DNA from: Lama glama
Taxonomy: Eukaryota
DNA length: 64,000 bases
Assembly: GCA_028534125.1 (NCBI GenBank)
Contig: CM052817.1
Location: 79,176,001-79,240,000, forward strand
Direction: 5' to 3'
In this document: one piece after another, positions 1 through 10,967 of the stretch
Layout: each line of letters begins with the position of its first letter
How positions within the stretch are numbered: position 1 is the first letter of the stretch
Translations under genes and position numbers: made by a program
Notes under the pieces: model-generated
What the model was told of the DNA's origin: nothing
What the model saw: the letters and a program-made list of their open reading frames with translations, nothing else
Database searches by the model: none

Positions 1-790
1 TGTCCATCTTCAGAACTCTGTCATCCTGCAAAACTAAAACTTGGTACCCATTAAAAAGTAACTCTCCATTTCCCCCTCCCCCAGCCCTGGAAACCACCAT
101 TCTACTTTGAATCTCTACAAATGTGACTACTCTAGGTACCTTATATATGGGAAATCATACAGTGTTTGTCCTTGTATGACTGGCTTATTTCACTTACCAC
201 GATGTCCACAAGGTTCATCCCTATTGTAACATAAGTCAGAATTTCCTTCCCAAAGCTGAACAGCATTTTGTAAAGGTTAATTTCATGTGTCAACTTGACC
301 AGACCACAGGGTGTCCAGACATTTGGTCCAACACTATCCTGGGTGTCTCTGTGAGGGTGTTTCTGGATGGGATTAACATTTGAATCAGTAGACAGGAAAG
401 CAGGTTGCCCTCCCCAGTGTGGGTGGGACCTATCCAATCAGCTGAAAGACTGAAAAAAGGCTGACCCTCCCATGAGTAGGAGACCCGGTTGCCTTCAAGT
501 TGGTACTTGGTTTTTAACCACTGCCTTCAGACTTGAACTGAAACATTGGCACTCCTTGCTTCTTGAGCTACTGTTTTTCAAACTGGAATTGCACCATCAG
601 CTCTTCTGGGTCTCCAGCTTGCCAATGGCAGACCTTGGAGCATCTCAGCTTTCATAATTACGTGAGCCAATTCATTATAATAAATCATATCTATTTCTGG
701 GTCTCTAGCTCACTAGATCTCCCATTTGCTCTGCTTCTCTGGAGATCCTTGACGAATATGTATTCCACTGTATGTATGTACCACTCTTAC
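1..790 (-). mobile_element. Old L1 (L1M-type) 3' fragment, interrupted by an MLT2 LTR
   Basis: Antisense L1 3'UTR hallmarks (ccccagccctggaaaccaccattctacttt, tgactggcttatttcactta) resuming at 761 with tattccactgtatgtatgtaccac. Confidence 0.75.
269..760 (+). mobile_element. MLT2-family (ERVL) solo LTR
   Basis: Begins tgtaaaggttaatttcatgtgtcaacttgacc, ends ttctctggagatccttgacgaata, both MLT2-like termini; AATAAA near the 3' end. Confidence 0.8.
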
Positions 791-1045
791 AGCTATCCTT
801 CACTTTGAGTAAAACAGGAGCTTTACCATATGATCTAGAATATTAAAATCATCTACTTTGGCTATAAGTTACAGGGAGGGATCACATATCCCTCCTGAAG
901 AATATGTCCTGAGAAGTTTGAATATTCTTAGTACAGAAAGTCACACTACTATTTAGTATATGTGAAAAGGTTTTCTGTATTAAGAGAGGCCAATTCCACA
1001 GTCATTGAGCTATGTATGGGCTTGGTATTATTGCCTCTGTGATAT

Positions 1046-1716
1046 TGTTGCAGAAAAACATGTTACAGCTCAGTGTTACAGCTCAGTTGTGACAGCAACC
1101 TGGATCCGGGTGAGACACCAAGCAGCACTCAGAGAGTCGAAGAACTCAGGTTTATTACACCAGCAGGCCCAGAGAAGTTAACATTTCAAGCTCTGAACCC
1201 CATCTGTAGGTTTACACAGGCTTTTATAGGCTGCCAGTTTACACTTTGCAACATCATATGCAAATAAGGTATAACCAAAGTTAACTAACTAGGAACAAGC
1301 TTTGTAGAAATGGACCAATCAGGAGGGAGAAAAATAACCAATCAGGAGTGAGCCCCATGCAAACGAAGGAAATACTACAAATGCAACCAATCAGGAGTGA
1401 GGGAAACGGACCAATCAGGAGTGAAAGAAAGAACCATTTACATGGAGCTCACTCCATGTAAATGAAGTACTACAAATGGACCAATCAGAAGTTAGGGAAA
1501 TTGACCAATCAGGAGTGAATGAAATAACCAATCAGGAGTGAGTTCAGGGAACCAATAGAATTTTTAGGGATAGGTTTCACTTTCTTAGAAGTAAGCCATT
1601 TCAGAGGCAAAAAGTGAGATAGATCCTCTGGGCCAGGGAACCAGATGGTGCTGGCAGGAGAGTAGTGGCCCTGCCTGGGGGTCCTGCTGGTCTTTTTTAT
1701 GGGGCTTCCCAACTCA
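1046..1716 (-). mobile_element. ERV1-type solo LTR (671 bp) with CCAAT repeat array
   Basis: TG...CA termini, 4-bp TSD ATAT (1042-1045 / 1717-1720), minus-strand TATAAAA (1228-1222) and AATAAA (1156-1151) in LTR order. Confidence 0.85.
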
Positions 1717-4544
1717 ATATGTCATATTAGAAGACCCGTTGTCATAAATACTGGTTGGATTCTATAACAGAAACTCCTGGTGAGAGACTAACGCCTCCAC
1801 TAGGAAATGTACCTGGATATTCCTTCTGTAATCACCACCATACACCAGCCAACAAATGACTGCTCACCCAAGCCTCCCTCTGATTTTTGCATCAGTGGTG
1901 AATCAATCCAAGGAAACTTCTAACCCTCCCCATGGAAATCATTACTTCAGACTAAAGGCTGTTGGCTGGGGACAGGCAAAGCTTCTATGTATTGATTCAC
2001 TTATATGTCTTTTTTGGCTTAATGGATCTAACCACCTAAACACCAAGATGATTAGCGTCCTAGAAATAGCAACCTTTAAAGCACCTTTTCAAGAATTCAA
2101 AAGTTATGAATTACATAAATAAATAAATAAATAAGCCTAATTATCTCCCCCCCATATTAATTAATCAATTTAACAAATTTTAAAGTTATGGATTATAAAT
2201 TCATCAATAAAGAGATTGTCCTATCATTTTCTATGACCTGTGAAACATTGTAAAAAGAGAATGTTCTGGGTGTCTGTAAAACTGGGGGAACTAGGATATT
2301 GATACCATCATGTTTCTTTTGCTCCATTGTGGTTAATGTTGGATGAACTAAGTGATGCGATTACAGTGATTACTCGATAATGAAAGTGAAGCTTTGTGAC
2401 ATCGGAAGAAAATGCATCTTCCTTGTCGGCTGTTGCACACCTGGCTCTCCTGTGTGCCCTTCCTAATCATGATCTCTTCATGTGCTGTATGGCTGAGCTG
2501 GTGGGCTGTGCCCGTCACTAGACACACCAAGAATTTTGCTCCTCCACCCACCCCAGCTGGTGGTTGAGCTGTTTCTCACCTATAAGAAGAAACAACAAAC
2601 ACACAACTCATTATACAAAACTCAGCACCTGCTACCTACATATTTTTTGATTCTTCATATTTTCTTCTATTTTGTATATTTCATCAGGTGGAAAATAAAG
2701 TCTGTTGCAAGAGGAAAACAGCCATTTTTCGGCTTCATCGTTTTGCTGATGCCTTAGCTGTACTTGCCAGTATGATTTTTCTTCCTCCATCTCCAAATGT
2801 CTTCAGCTTTTTTGTTGTCGTGGAAAGAACACTATTGGGAAACTTAAAAGGCTTGGGTTCTAAACATCCCAAACTAGCATAACCCTGAAACATTGGACAT
2901 GTCTTTAATTGCTCTATTCTTCCGCTTCCTAAAGTAGGAGACTGAACACAATTATCTTCATGTCCCTTCTGGTTCCACAATTCAAATGATTTATCATTTT
3001 TACTGCCAAAACCAGGGATGGTGAAAGAGTGAGATTATCTGGGTGAATTACTCCCAGCTGCCATGATGATGGGGTACGCTTAGAACCCAGGGCGCCTTCT
3101 TTCAGGAAAGCAATTTGCTCCGGAAAGGACCTCTGACACATGAACAGAAGAGGGTAGTGAACTATTGCTCATTCCCTACTCCAAGCCATGACATTTTTCT
3201 TCTTAACTTTAATGAAGCAGAGTTTTTCCATGTTTTTAACCTACATACCAGTGGCTCCCAGATGCAAACACTTTTTCACTATTTGCAAACCACGAAGTAG
3301 GACTCAGCACAACATGGGTTCCTTTAAAAGAGGAAATCATGCCACAGAATGTGACTGAACAACAGAGCACTTACCGAAGGAAGAATTTAGACCACAGAGC
3401 AAACAAATATGCACTGGACATTGCTGTTGCTCCCAAAGGCCCTGGTTGGCTGTTTTGGGCAACTTCAGGTGTTGCACTCTGTTTAACCCTTTCTTCCCCA
3501 ATAAATTTATGATTTTCCCTCCTTTGCTCAGACACCTGAGCACCAACCTGAGCTAGCTTCTACATGTAGGTTTATCAAATTCCCTTTTACTAAAATGGAC
3601 CCTACACATAAAGAATTCTCCTGTCAGCTGCCAAGAAGATATATTCCCCCTGAATATTACCATAACTCTTCAACCTCTCTGATCAAGCCCAAATCATTTC
3701 CAGATAAGAGAGATTGTGAGAGAAAGACTACCGTGTTAAAAATACCTCCCAGGTGGGCTGCTGCCGACCAGACTTCAGGCCAGTACGACTGCACGTTCTG
3801 TTTTTATTCTCTGCCAGATTAGAGTGAATAAACCTCAGTGGTACAGATAAAGCTTCTGACACCCCCACCACCCAAAGAAAAAGGCTTTTATTACTTTTCA
3901 TCTAATTTTGAACAAAAGTTGATCTCATCTTTAAATTATTTAATACTAGGGTATTAAGTGTTTTTGTTATCAAGCAGTTGACAGCCCATTATTTTATATC
4001 TTTTTTAACATTGTCATAATCATTTCACAACATATAATAAAGCTAGTGTATTCGGTGTGCTATTTGGTATTCATGCTTTTCTAGTGAGGTTAACTCTGCC
4101 AAGGAAACAATGTGACAGCACTTGCTCTCAACTTCAACTCAGGCAGAATATTAATCTAAAGGACAATTGTTTGCCCATCAAACCACTGATAATCATGTTT
4201 GTAAAACAATTCATGCATAATGGCAGTGTGCCTCTAAAACTAGTGTACACACTGTGATTTTTTTTAAATACCATGAAATTAAACTGAAATAAGCCTTGCA
4301 AAGATGTCAAAATTATACTCTCTAGTCACTGAAATATATTAAGGGATAAAATAATCCTAGATTTTTAAAAAGTGAACTGTTGAATGAAAAACAGTCTTTC
4401 TCTAAAGCTTTTCTAAAGGAAAGCAAATGCACAAATTGTTTAAACTCATCACTGTAGATACCACTTTGTCAAAATTTAATACTTATTAATTTGTATATCT
4501 AGCATGTTTTAAAAGTAGATAGAATAAGAATCACTTCATAGTTA

Positions 4545-4775
4545 AGTACGGTGATTAAGACCGTGGGTTCCAGAGCCAGTCCGCTTGAATTAATAACTCA
4601 GCTTCCCACCTAACCAGCACGTGACCTCAACTCTGTGACATACCTGCCTTATCTCTACAACAGAAGCAACAACAATATCCTCAAAATTGGGTGGCTGTGA
4701 AGATTGAATACATATAAAGAGCCTAGAACACTGCCCAGAACATGGTAAGTGCCCAATAAAAGTTTATTATTATTT
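4545..4775 (+). mobile_element. MIR SINE
   Basis: MIR-like head, core and tail (gtgaagattgaa ... tagaacactgcccagaacatggtaagtgcccaataaa). Confidence 0.7.
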
Positions 4776-5284
4776 CACAAGTCAGGATATTAACACAGCA
4801 AGGGAAGTGCTGATCTGCGATTACATAAACCAGCTCTTCATGTAACTCATTACGTAATGATTCATTGCCTACCTCACTAATCACATCTACCACTCTCCAG
4901 GTCATGTTTCTGCTATTACATTTAGAGTAAGTTTTTTATGTGTAAATTTTTGATACATCCAGAATTTAATTTTTGATGAAGTGTAAGGTAGGGAACAGCC
5001 TTATTTTTCCCATATGACTACCCTGTTTTCCAAAACCATTTGTTCAAGGAGTAACCCATCTCTCCTACTTGTCTCTATCTGTTCACTCTCCCGTGACCTG
5101 AGACCAGAGGTCTTCACACTAGGTTTCAGATACGCCTGAGGCTGCATGAAGACTTACTAAAGGGCACATGAGCAAGATTAGTTTCATTGTTATGTACAGA
5201 TCTTCAACTTCCATGTACTTTTTCCTACAATCATTTGCCTAAGAAGATGCCTGTCACCAAGGGTCTCTCTCTCCCTCTCTCTTT

Positions 5285-5722
5285 TTAAAAAAATAAGCTT
5301 TATTTTTTAGAGTAGTTTTAGATACATGGCAAAACTGAGTGGAAAGTACAGTTCCATACACCCTCTGCCCTTACACAGGCACAGCTGTCAGCATCCTCCA
5401 GAGTGCTGCCTTGTTTACAACTGATGAATCTGCACTGACACATCACTGTCTCCTGAAGTCCATGGTTTACATTAGAGTTCACTCTTGGCATTGTAATTCT
5501 ATAGATTTTGACAAAAGTATAATGACAGGTATCTGCCATTATAGTGTCATACAGAATAGTTTCACTGCCCTAAAAATCCTCTGTACTCTGCCTGTTTATT
5601 CCTCTGTCTCCCCTCATTCCTTGGCAACCACTGCTCTCTTCAGTGTCCAGTTTTGCCTTTTCCACAATGTCATATAGTAGGGATCATACAGCCCGTAGCC
5701 TTTTCAGACTGGCTTCTTTCAT
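5285..5722 (-). mobile_element. L1MC-type 3' fragment
   Basis: Antisense L1MC 3'UTR motifs (gtccatggtttacattagagttcactcttgg, agccttttcagactggcttctttca). Confidence 0.75.
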
Positions 5723-7842
5723 ATATCGATATGTCAAGGGTCTCTGCATACTCCCCTTTCCAGGTTTCCTCCCATTTTAACAAGGCAGTCATATGTCTTA
5801 CCTGTTGTTAATACTGTACTTTGCCAAATGAACAATCCTTTAAACAATTCCAAACTTTTATCAAGGCACCATAACACATCCTCCCTTATCCATCTCATTA
5901 AGAGATACACTGCCAATAAATTTTACTTTTCAGGTAACAAGAAACATACCCTTTGTCTGCTGAAAGGCTTCAGTGGCTGTCTCCCTGCTCTATTAGGCAG
6001 CCTAGCAAGGAGCCAGCTCAAAATTAGGGTGATGAGGCTTCTAGCTGACATCAGCCTCACCAAGCGCCAACCAGTTCTCTTTTCTAAGAAAGTCATCCCA
6101 CCTCTAGGAAGCCTCTGTTGTTATGTAGTTAAACGTTTCCTGTCCCCTCTCAATGCCCTAGGTGTACAAGTGGGGTCCCAGCCCTGAACACCTCTCACCG
6201 CAGACAGAGGGCTTGAGGGCTCCTGTGTGCTCTTCTGCTGACTCTTAGATACATGACTTCCCAATAAACCTCACCTTATGCCTCCTCTGTGTTTTGTTTG
6301 GGGTATTTACTAATGGTCATAAAATTGTTTATCAAAATTCATAATTTATGATGTTCTAATCAAAGGTGTATTACTGGGATTTACCATGATAAGTCAATCC
6401 AAAAGAAATTGTTTTACAGCATGATCATAGGATTTATACTTGATGTGAAGAACACGACTAGAATGCTGATAAAAGACTTTCAACATAAAAGCCTGTGACA
6501 TTAGAATAAAAATCTACAGGAGAGGTGGACTAGGAATGGAAGTTGAAAGAGAAAAAGAAACAAGGTGAAATTTCTAACTATAGAGAGGAGCTTGTCTATT
6601 ACTGTTTAAATGGATGATGATATGGGTTCAAATCTCTTGTGGTGCTTATATTCCCACTGAAGAGGGATAAATAGCTTTATTTTCAAATGCTGATATTTGC
6701 AACATGCCGTAAACAACATCCTTTGCTACTACTTAAATTTATAGTGAAAAACTTTAGCTGTCAACTGAAAATATTTTAGGGGAGTAGTTTTTCAGAAATA
6801 TTTTAGGGGGATTGTGATTAAAAAAATCCTAAAAAGAATCCTAGACTGCTTATTTTCTTATAACCCCTCCACCTCTTCCTCCATCCTCACACTTGGTTGA
6901 ATTTATTCAGGTGCCCCTAGGGGTGTGTGTGTGTGTATGTGTGTGTTTAGAGGTGCCAGGTATAAAGATTATGTAATATGAGCCCAACTATCCTAATAGT
7001 TGCTCAGTAAATGCTTCTTGAAATAATTGAACTGAAAATTAAACATTTATAATTTAAAACAAAGGCAAATAGGATGTAAAGATAAGATTCTGTCTCACTG
7101 TTTTCATAAATTTGCTGTGATGGTGAATTACAGGTGGTCCGCACTCTGGAGAACATAGTCTCCTTGGCTTTCTCCTGCCAAATATTCCCTTTTCCCCCAC
7201 TAATCAACAACTTTTATGAAGGCTTAGACCTTGCTGCTTGATGTGTTTTTTGTGCATCAGCAGAGTTGGCATCACCTGGAAGCTGTTTAGAAATTAAGAC
7301 ACTTGGGCCTGACTCCAGGCTTTTGACTCAGCAGCAGCATTTTTACAATATGGACCCTCATTGTCTAGTCATCTCACGGGCGACAGCCACACCCAGTGAG
7401 GTTCCAATTGCTCACTACCTAAATGTGTTCTTGGCTGTTCCGTGGCTACCATCATCATTAACGATACTAATGACACATCTTTAGACCAATTAACAGGGCA
7501 CTTTTACATGCATTATCTCATTTGATCCCAGCTACATTCTTCAATTTAGAACAAAGTGCTTTCTGCAAAGTGCACAAAATCAATTCCAACAATGTGAGGA
7601 GACACAAATAGAGCTCCCTGAGTTGTTTTCAAAGATGAGCACACTAAGTCCAGAGAGTCATTTGGAATTATTTTCAAATTTAATAATGTCAGTACTCTTC
7701 ATTCAACTATATTTTGTTGCTATATTTCAGAATGTTTTTAAAAAAAACATAATAAAGTAGTGATTTTGGGGGTGGGTTAGTTTTATTATTTTTATCATAA
7801 AAATCTAAATCTTTTTGGAAAACCTGTTAATAAAACTATATT

Positions 7843-9713
7843 GATAGAGGAATTCCAGTCAAGATGGCAGAGTGGTAGGACCACGAGCTTGCCTCTCCTC
7901 ATGACTACAACGAAACCACAACTGAATGCTAAACAACAATCGAGAAAAGACTGGAACCTAGCAAAAAGGATCTTCTGCAACTGGAAACATAAAGAGGGAT
8001 GGCAGCTCACGATATAATTGGGCCCCATACCCTCCGGGTGGGCGACCCTCGAGCTGAAGATCTATTAAGTCTCAGAGGCCCGCCCACAGGAGTGAGTGCT
8101 CTAAGCCCCACGTCAGGCTCCCCAGCTTGGGTACCAGCTTTGGGAAGAGAATGAGACCCCAGGACATCTGGTTTTGAAGGCCAGGGGGAGCTTAGCTCTG
8201 TGAGCCTCATGGGAATAGGGGAAACGGAGACTCCATTTACTTGAGAAGCATACACAGAAACTGACGTGCACCAGGTCCAAGGGCAGAGGCACTGATTTCA
8301 TAGGAACCTGGGCCAGACCTGCCTGCTGGATTTGGAGGGTCTCCTGGGAACGTGGAGGACGGCTGCCGCTCACTCAGGGGTCATAAAAATTGGTGGCGGA
8401 CATTTGAGGAGTGCTAATCTACGTGAGTTTTCCTGGAGGCTGACATCTTGGATTGTTAGCACCAAGACTGAGCCCCACCCAACAGCCTGTAGGGAAGCCT
8501 CCAGCCAAACAACATACAGGGTGGGAACACAGCCACATCCATCAGCTGACTTTCTAAGCTACAAAGGCCTCTAGACACAGCCCTACCCATCAGAGGTCCA
8601 AGACCAAGCTTCACCTAGCAGTGGGCAGGCATTGGCTCCTCCTGCCAGGAAACCTACATAAGCCTCTAGTCCAGCCTCATTCACCAGGGGCAGATACTAG
8701 AAATAAGAAAACAATAATCCCAAAGCCTGTGGAAGAATCCAAAAACACATAAAAATATACATGATATGAGGCAGCAAAGGAATATCTCCCAGGCCAAGCC
8801 ACAAGATAAAATTCCAGAAGAAATAAGTGATGAGAAGATAGGTAATTAATCTGAGAAAGAATTTAAAGTAATGATGGCCAAGATGTTCAGAGAACTCAAG
8901 AGGAGTATAGACTCACAGAGTGAAGATTTTAGCAAAGAGTTGGAAAATATAAAGACTACCCAAACACAGCTGAAGAATAAAATCACTGAAATGAACAATA
9001 CACTAGAAGGAACCAAGAACAGACTAAATGAGGCAGAAGATCGGATCAGTGAGCTAAAAAACAGATTAGTGGAAATTGCCACTTCAGAACAGAAAAAAGA
9101 TAAAAGAATAAAAAGGAATGAGAATAGTTTAAAAGAACTCTGGGACAACATGAAGTGCTCTAATATTCGCATTATAGAGGTCCCAGAAAGAGAAGAGAGA
9201 AAGGACCTGAGAAAATATTTGGAGAGGTAATAACTGAAAACTTCCCCAACTTGGGAAAGGAAATAGTCACCCAAGTCCTGGAAGCCCAGAGAGTACCACA
9301 CAGAATCAACTCAAAGAACACACCAAGGCACATAGTCATCAAATTGACAACAATTAAGGATAAGGAGAAAATATTAAAATTAGCAAGAGAAAAGCAACGA
9401 ATAACATACAAGGGAACTGCCATAAGGTTATCAGCTGATTTTTCAGCAGAAACTCTACAGGCCAGAAGGGAGTGGCACGAAATACTTAAAGTGATGCAAG
9501 GGGGAAACTCATAACCAGGAATACTCTATCCATCAAGGCTCTCGTTCAGACTTGATGGAGAAATCAAAAGCTTCACAGATAAACAAAAGCTAAAAGATTT
9601 CAGCACCACCAAACCAGCTTTACAGCAAATGTTAAAGGACTTTCTCTAGTCATCAAACCATAAGAAAAGAGAACAAAAAGAAGAAAGAGAAAAAGAGAGA
9701 GAGACCTACAAAA
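7843..9713 (+). mobile_element. L1 5' portion: 5'UTR plus decayed ORF1 (about 8766-9649), truncated before ORF2
   Basis: 5' caagatggc (YY1-like) at 7860; ORF1p peptides NSLKELWDNMKCSNIRIIEVPE, TPRHIVIKL, IRLSADFSAETLQARREW; in-frame stops and a frameshift. Confidence 0.92.
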
Positions 9714-9967
9714 GATTGTTTTGGCTGTTCGGGGTCTTTTGTGGTTCCTTATAAATTTTGGAATTGTTTGTTCTAGTGTTGATGGGGGTTGCGTTCGATC
9801 TTTGGATTGCTTTGGGTAGTGTGGCAATTTTGATAATGTTGATTCTTCCAATCCAAGAGCACAAGAAATCTTTCCATTTCTTTGTGTCACTTCAGTTTTC
9901 AGAGTATAGGTAACCTTCTTGGTTAAGTTTATTTCTAGGTATTTTGTTGTTTTTGATGTAATGGAAA
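9714..9967 (-). mobile_element. L1 ORF2 fragment, opposite orientation
   Basis: Antisense ORF2 sequence (minus peptide [15 protein letters not shown], similar to L1 ORF2p). Confidence 0.85.
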
Positions 9968-10015
9968 TGTCTCTACCAGTTATAAAATTCTGGTTTTTGA
10001 AGTGAAAAAAAAAAA

Positions 10016-10115
10016 NNNNNNNNNNNNNNNNNNNNNNNNNNNNNNNNNNNNNNNNNNNNNNNNNNNNNNNNNNNNNNNNNNNNNNNNNNNNNNNNNNNNN
10101 NNNNNNNNNNNNNNN
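10016..10115. other. Assembly gap (100 N)
   Basis: Run of exactly 100 N directly after an A-run. Confidence 1.
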
Positions 10116-10229
10116 ATTTTGTGGTTGGCTTTATTCCTTTGATAACTATGTATGTTTAAAAAGCTAAAGCTCTAAATGTTCTTAGAAACAATGAACAGTA
10201 CATATATGTAAATTTAAAAATATATGTGC

Positions 10230-10755
10230 ACTAAAAAAAAATGATCTGTCAAGCCATGGAAGACATAGAAGAAACTTGAAAGACATTACTAAATGGAAGA
10301 AGCCAGTTTGAAAAGGCTACAAACTGTACAATTCCAACCAAATAACATTCTGGAAAAGGCACAGCTACAGAAACAATAAAAAGATCATGGTTTCTAGTGG
10401 TTTGGAGAGAGGGAGGGAGAGAGGAATTAATAGATGGAGCACAAGGAATTTTTAGGGCAATGAAATTATTCTGTATGATACTGCAGTGGTGGCTACATGT
10501 CATTACGCATTTGTCAAAACCCATAGAATGTACAACATCAAGAGTAAACCTTAATGTAAACTATAGACTTTGGTTGATAATAATGTGCCCCTGTTGGTTC
10601 ACTGATTGGACCAAATATGCCACACTGATGAGGGATCTTGAGGGTAGGGTATATATGTGTGGGTGGGGAGAGCTATGTGGGAACTTTAGTTTCTGCTCAA
10701 TTCTGCTGTAAACCTGAAACTGCTCTAAAAAAATTAAGTCCATTGAAAAAAAAAC
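10230..10755 (+). mobile_element. L1MC-type 3' fragment
   Basis: aagccagtttgaaaaggctac ... aagagtaaaccttaatgtaaactatagacttt ... A-rich end. Confidence 0.78.
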
Positions 10756-10846
10756 TATGTTGATAGAGATCAAACAGCTTGTCCAAGAGAGAGTCACAAT
10801 CAAAGAATGCATAAAAGGCATCTAATAAATCAACAAAAGGGTTTTA

Positions 10847-10967
10847 TTACTTTGTAAAGAAGTCATCTTTTAATCTTTTTTTCTAATGGCAGTACTAGGA
10901 ATTGAACCAAGGACCTCACGCACGCAGCCAAGCAGACACTTCACCACTGAGCTATTACTCTCACCCC
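10847..10967 (-). mobile_element. Camelid Vic-1-like tRNA-derived SINE with TSD
   Basis: Reverse complement has A box (tagctcagtggt) and B box (ggttcaattcc); flanked by direct repeat caacaaaagggtttta (10831-10846 / 10968-10983). Confidence 0.85.

Noticed and set aside
1311..1560. Regularly spaced short direct repeats resembling a CRISPR array
   Set aside because: Repeats are about 14 bp with roughly 10-bp related spacers, lie inside a mammalian LTR U3 region, and there are no cas genes.
5100..6850. Possible fragmented hAT-Charlie element with an LTR-like insert at about 5930-6330
   Set aside because: Plausible but too decayed to assign family or boundaries by eye.
8871..9514. 119-aa and 87-aa ORFs as a possible domesticated gene
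   Set aside because: They are pieces of L1 ORF1 separated by a frameshift and stops; the 151-aa minus ORF is just their antisense.
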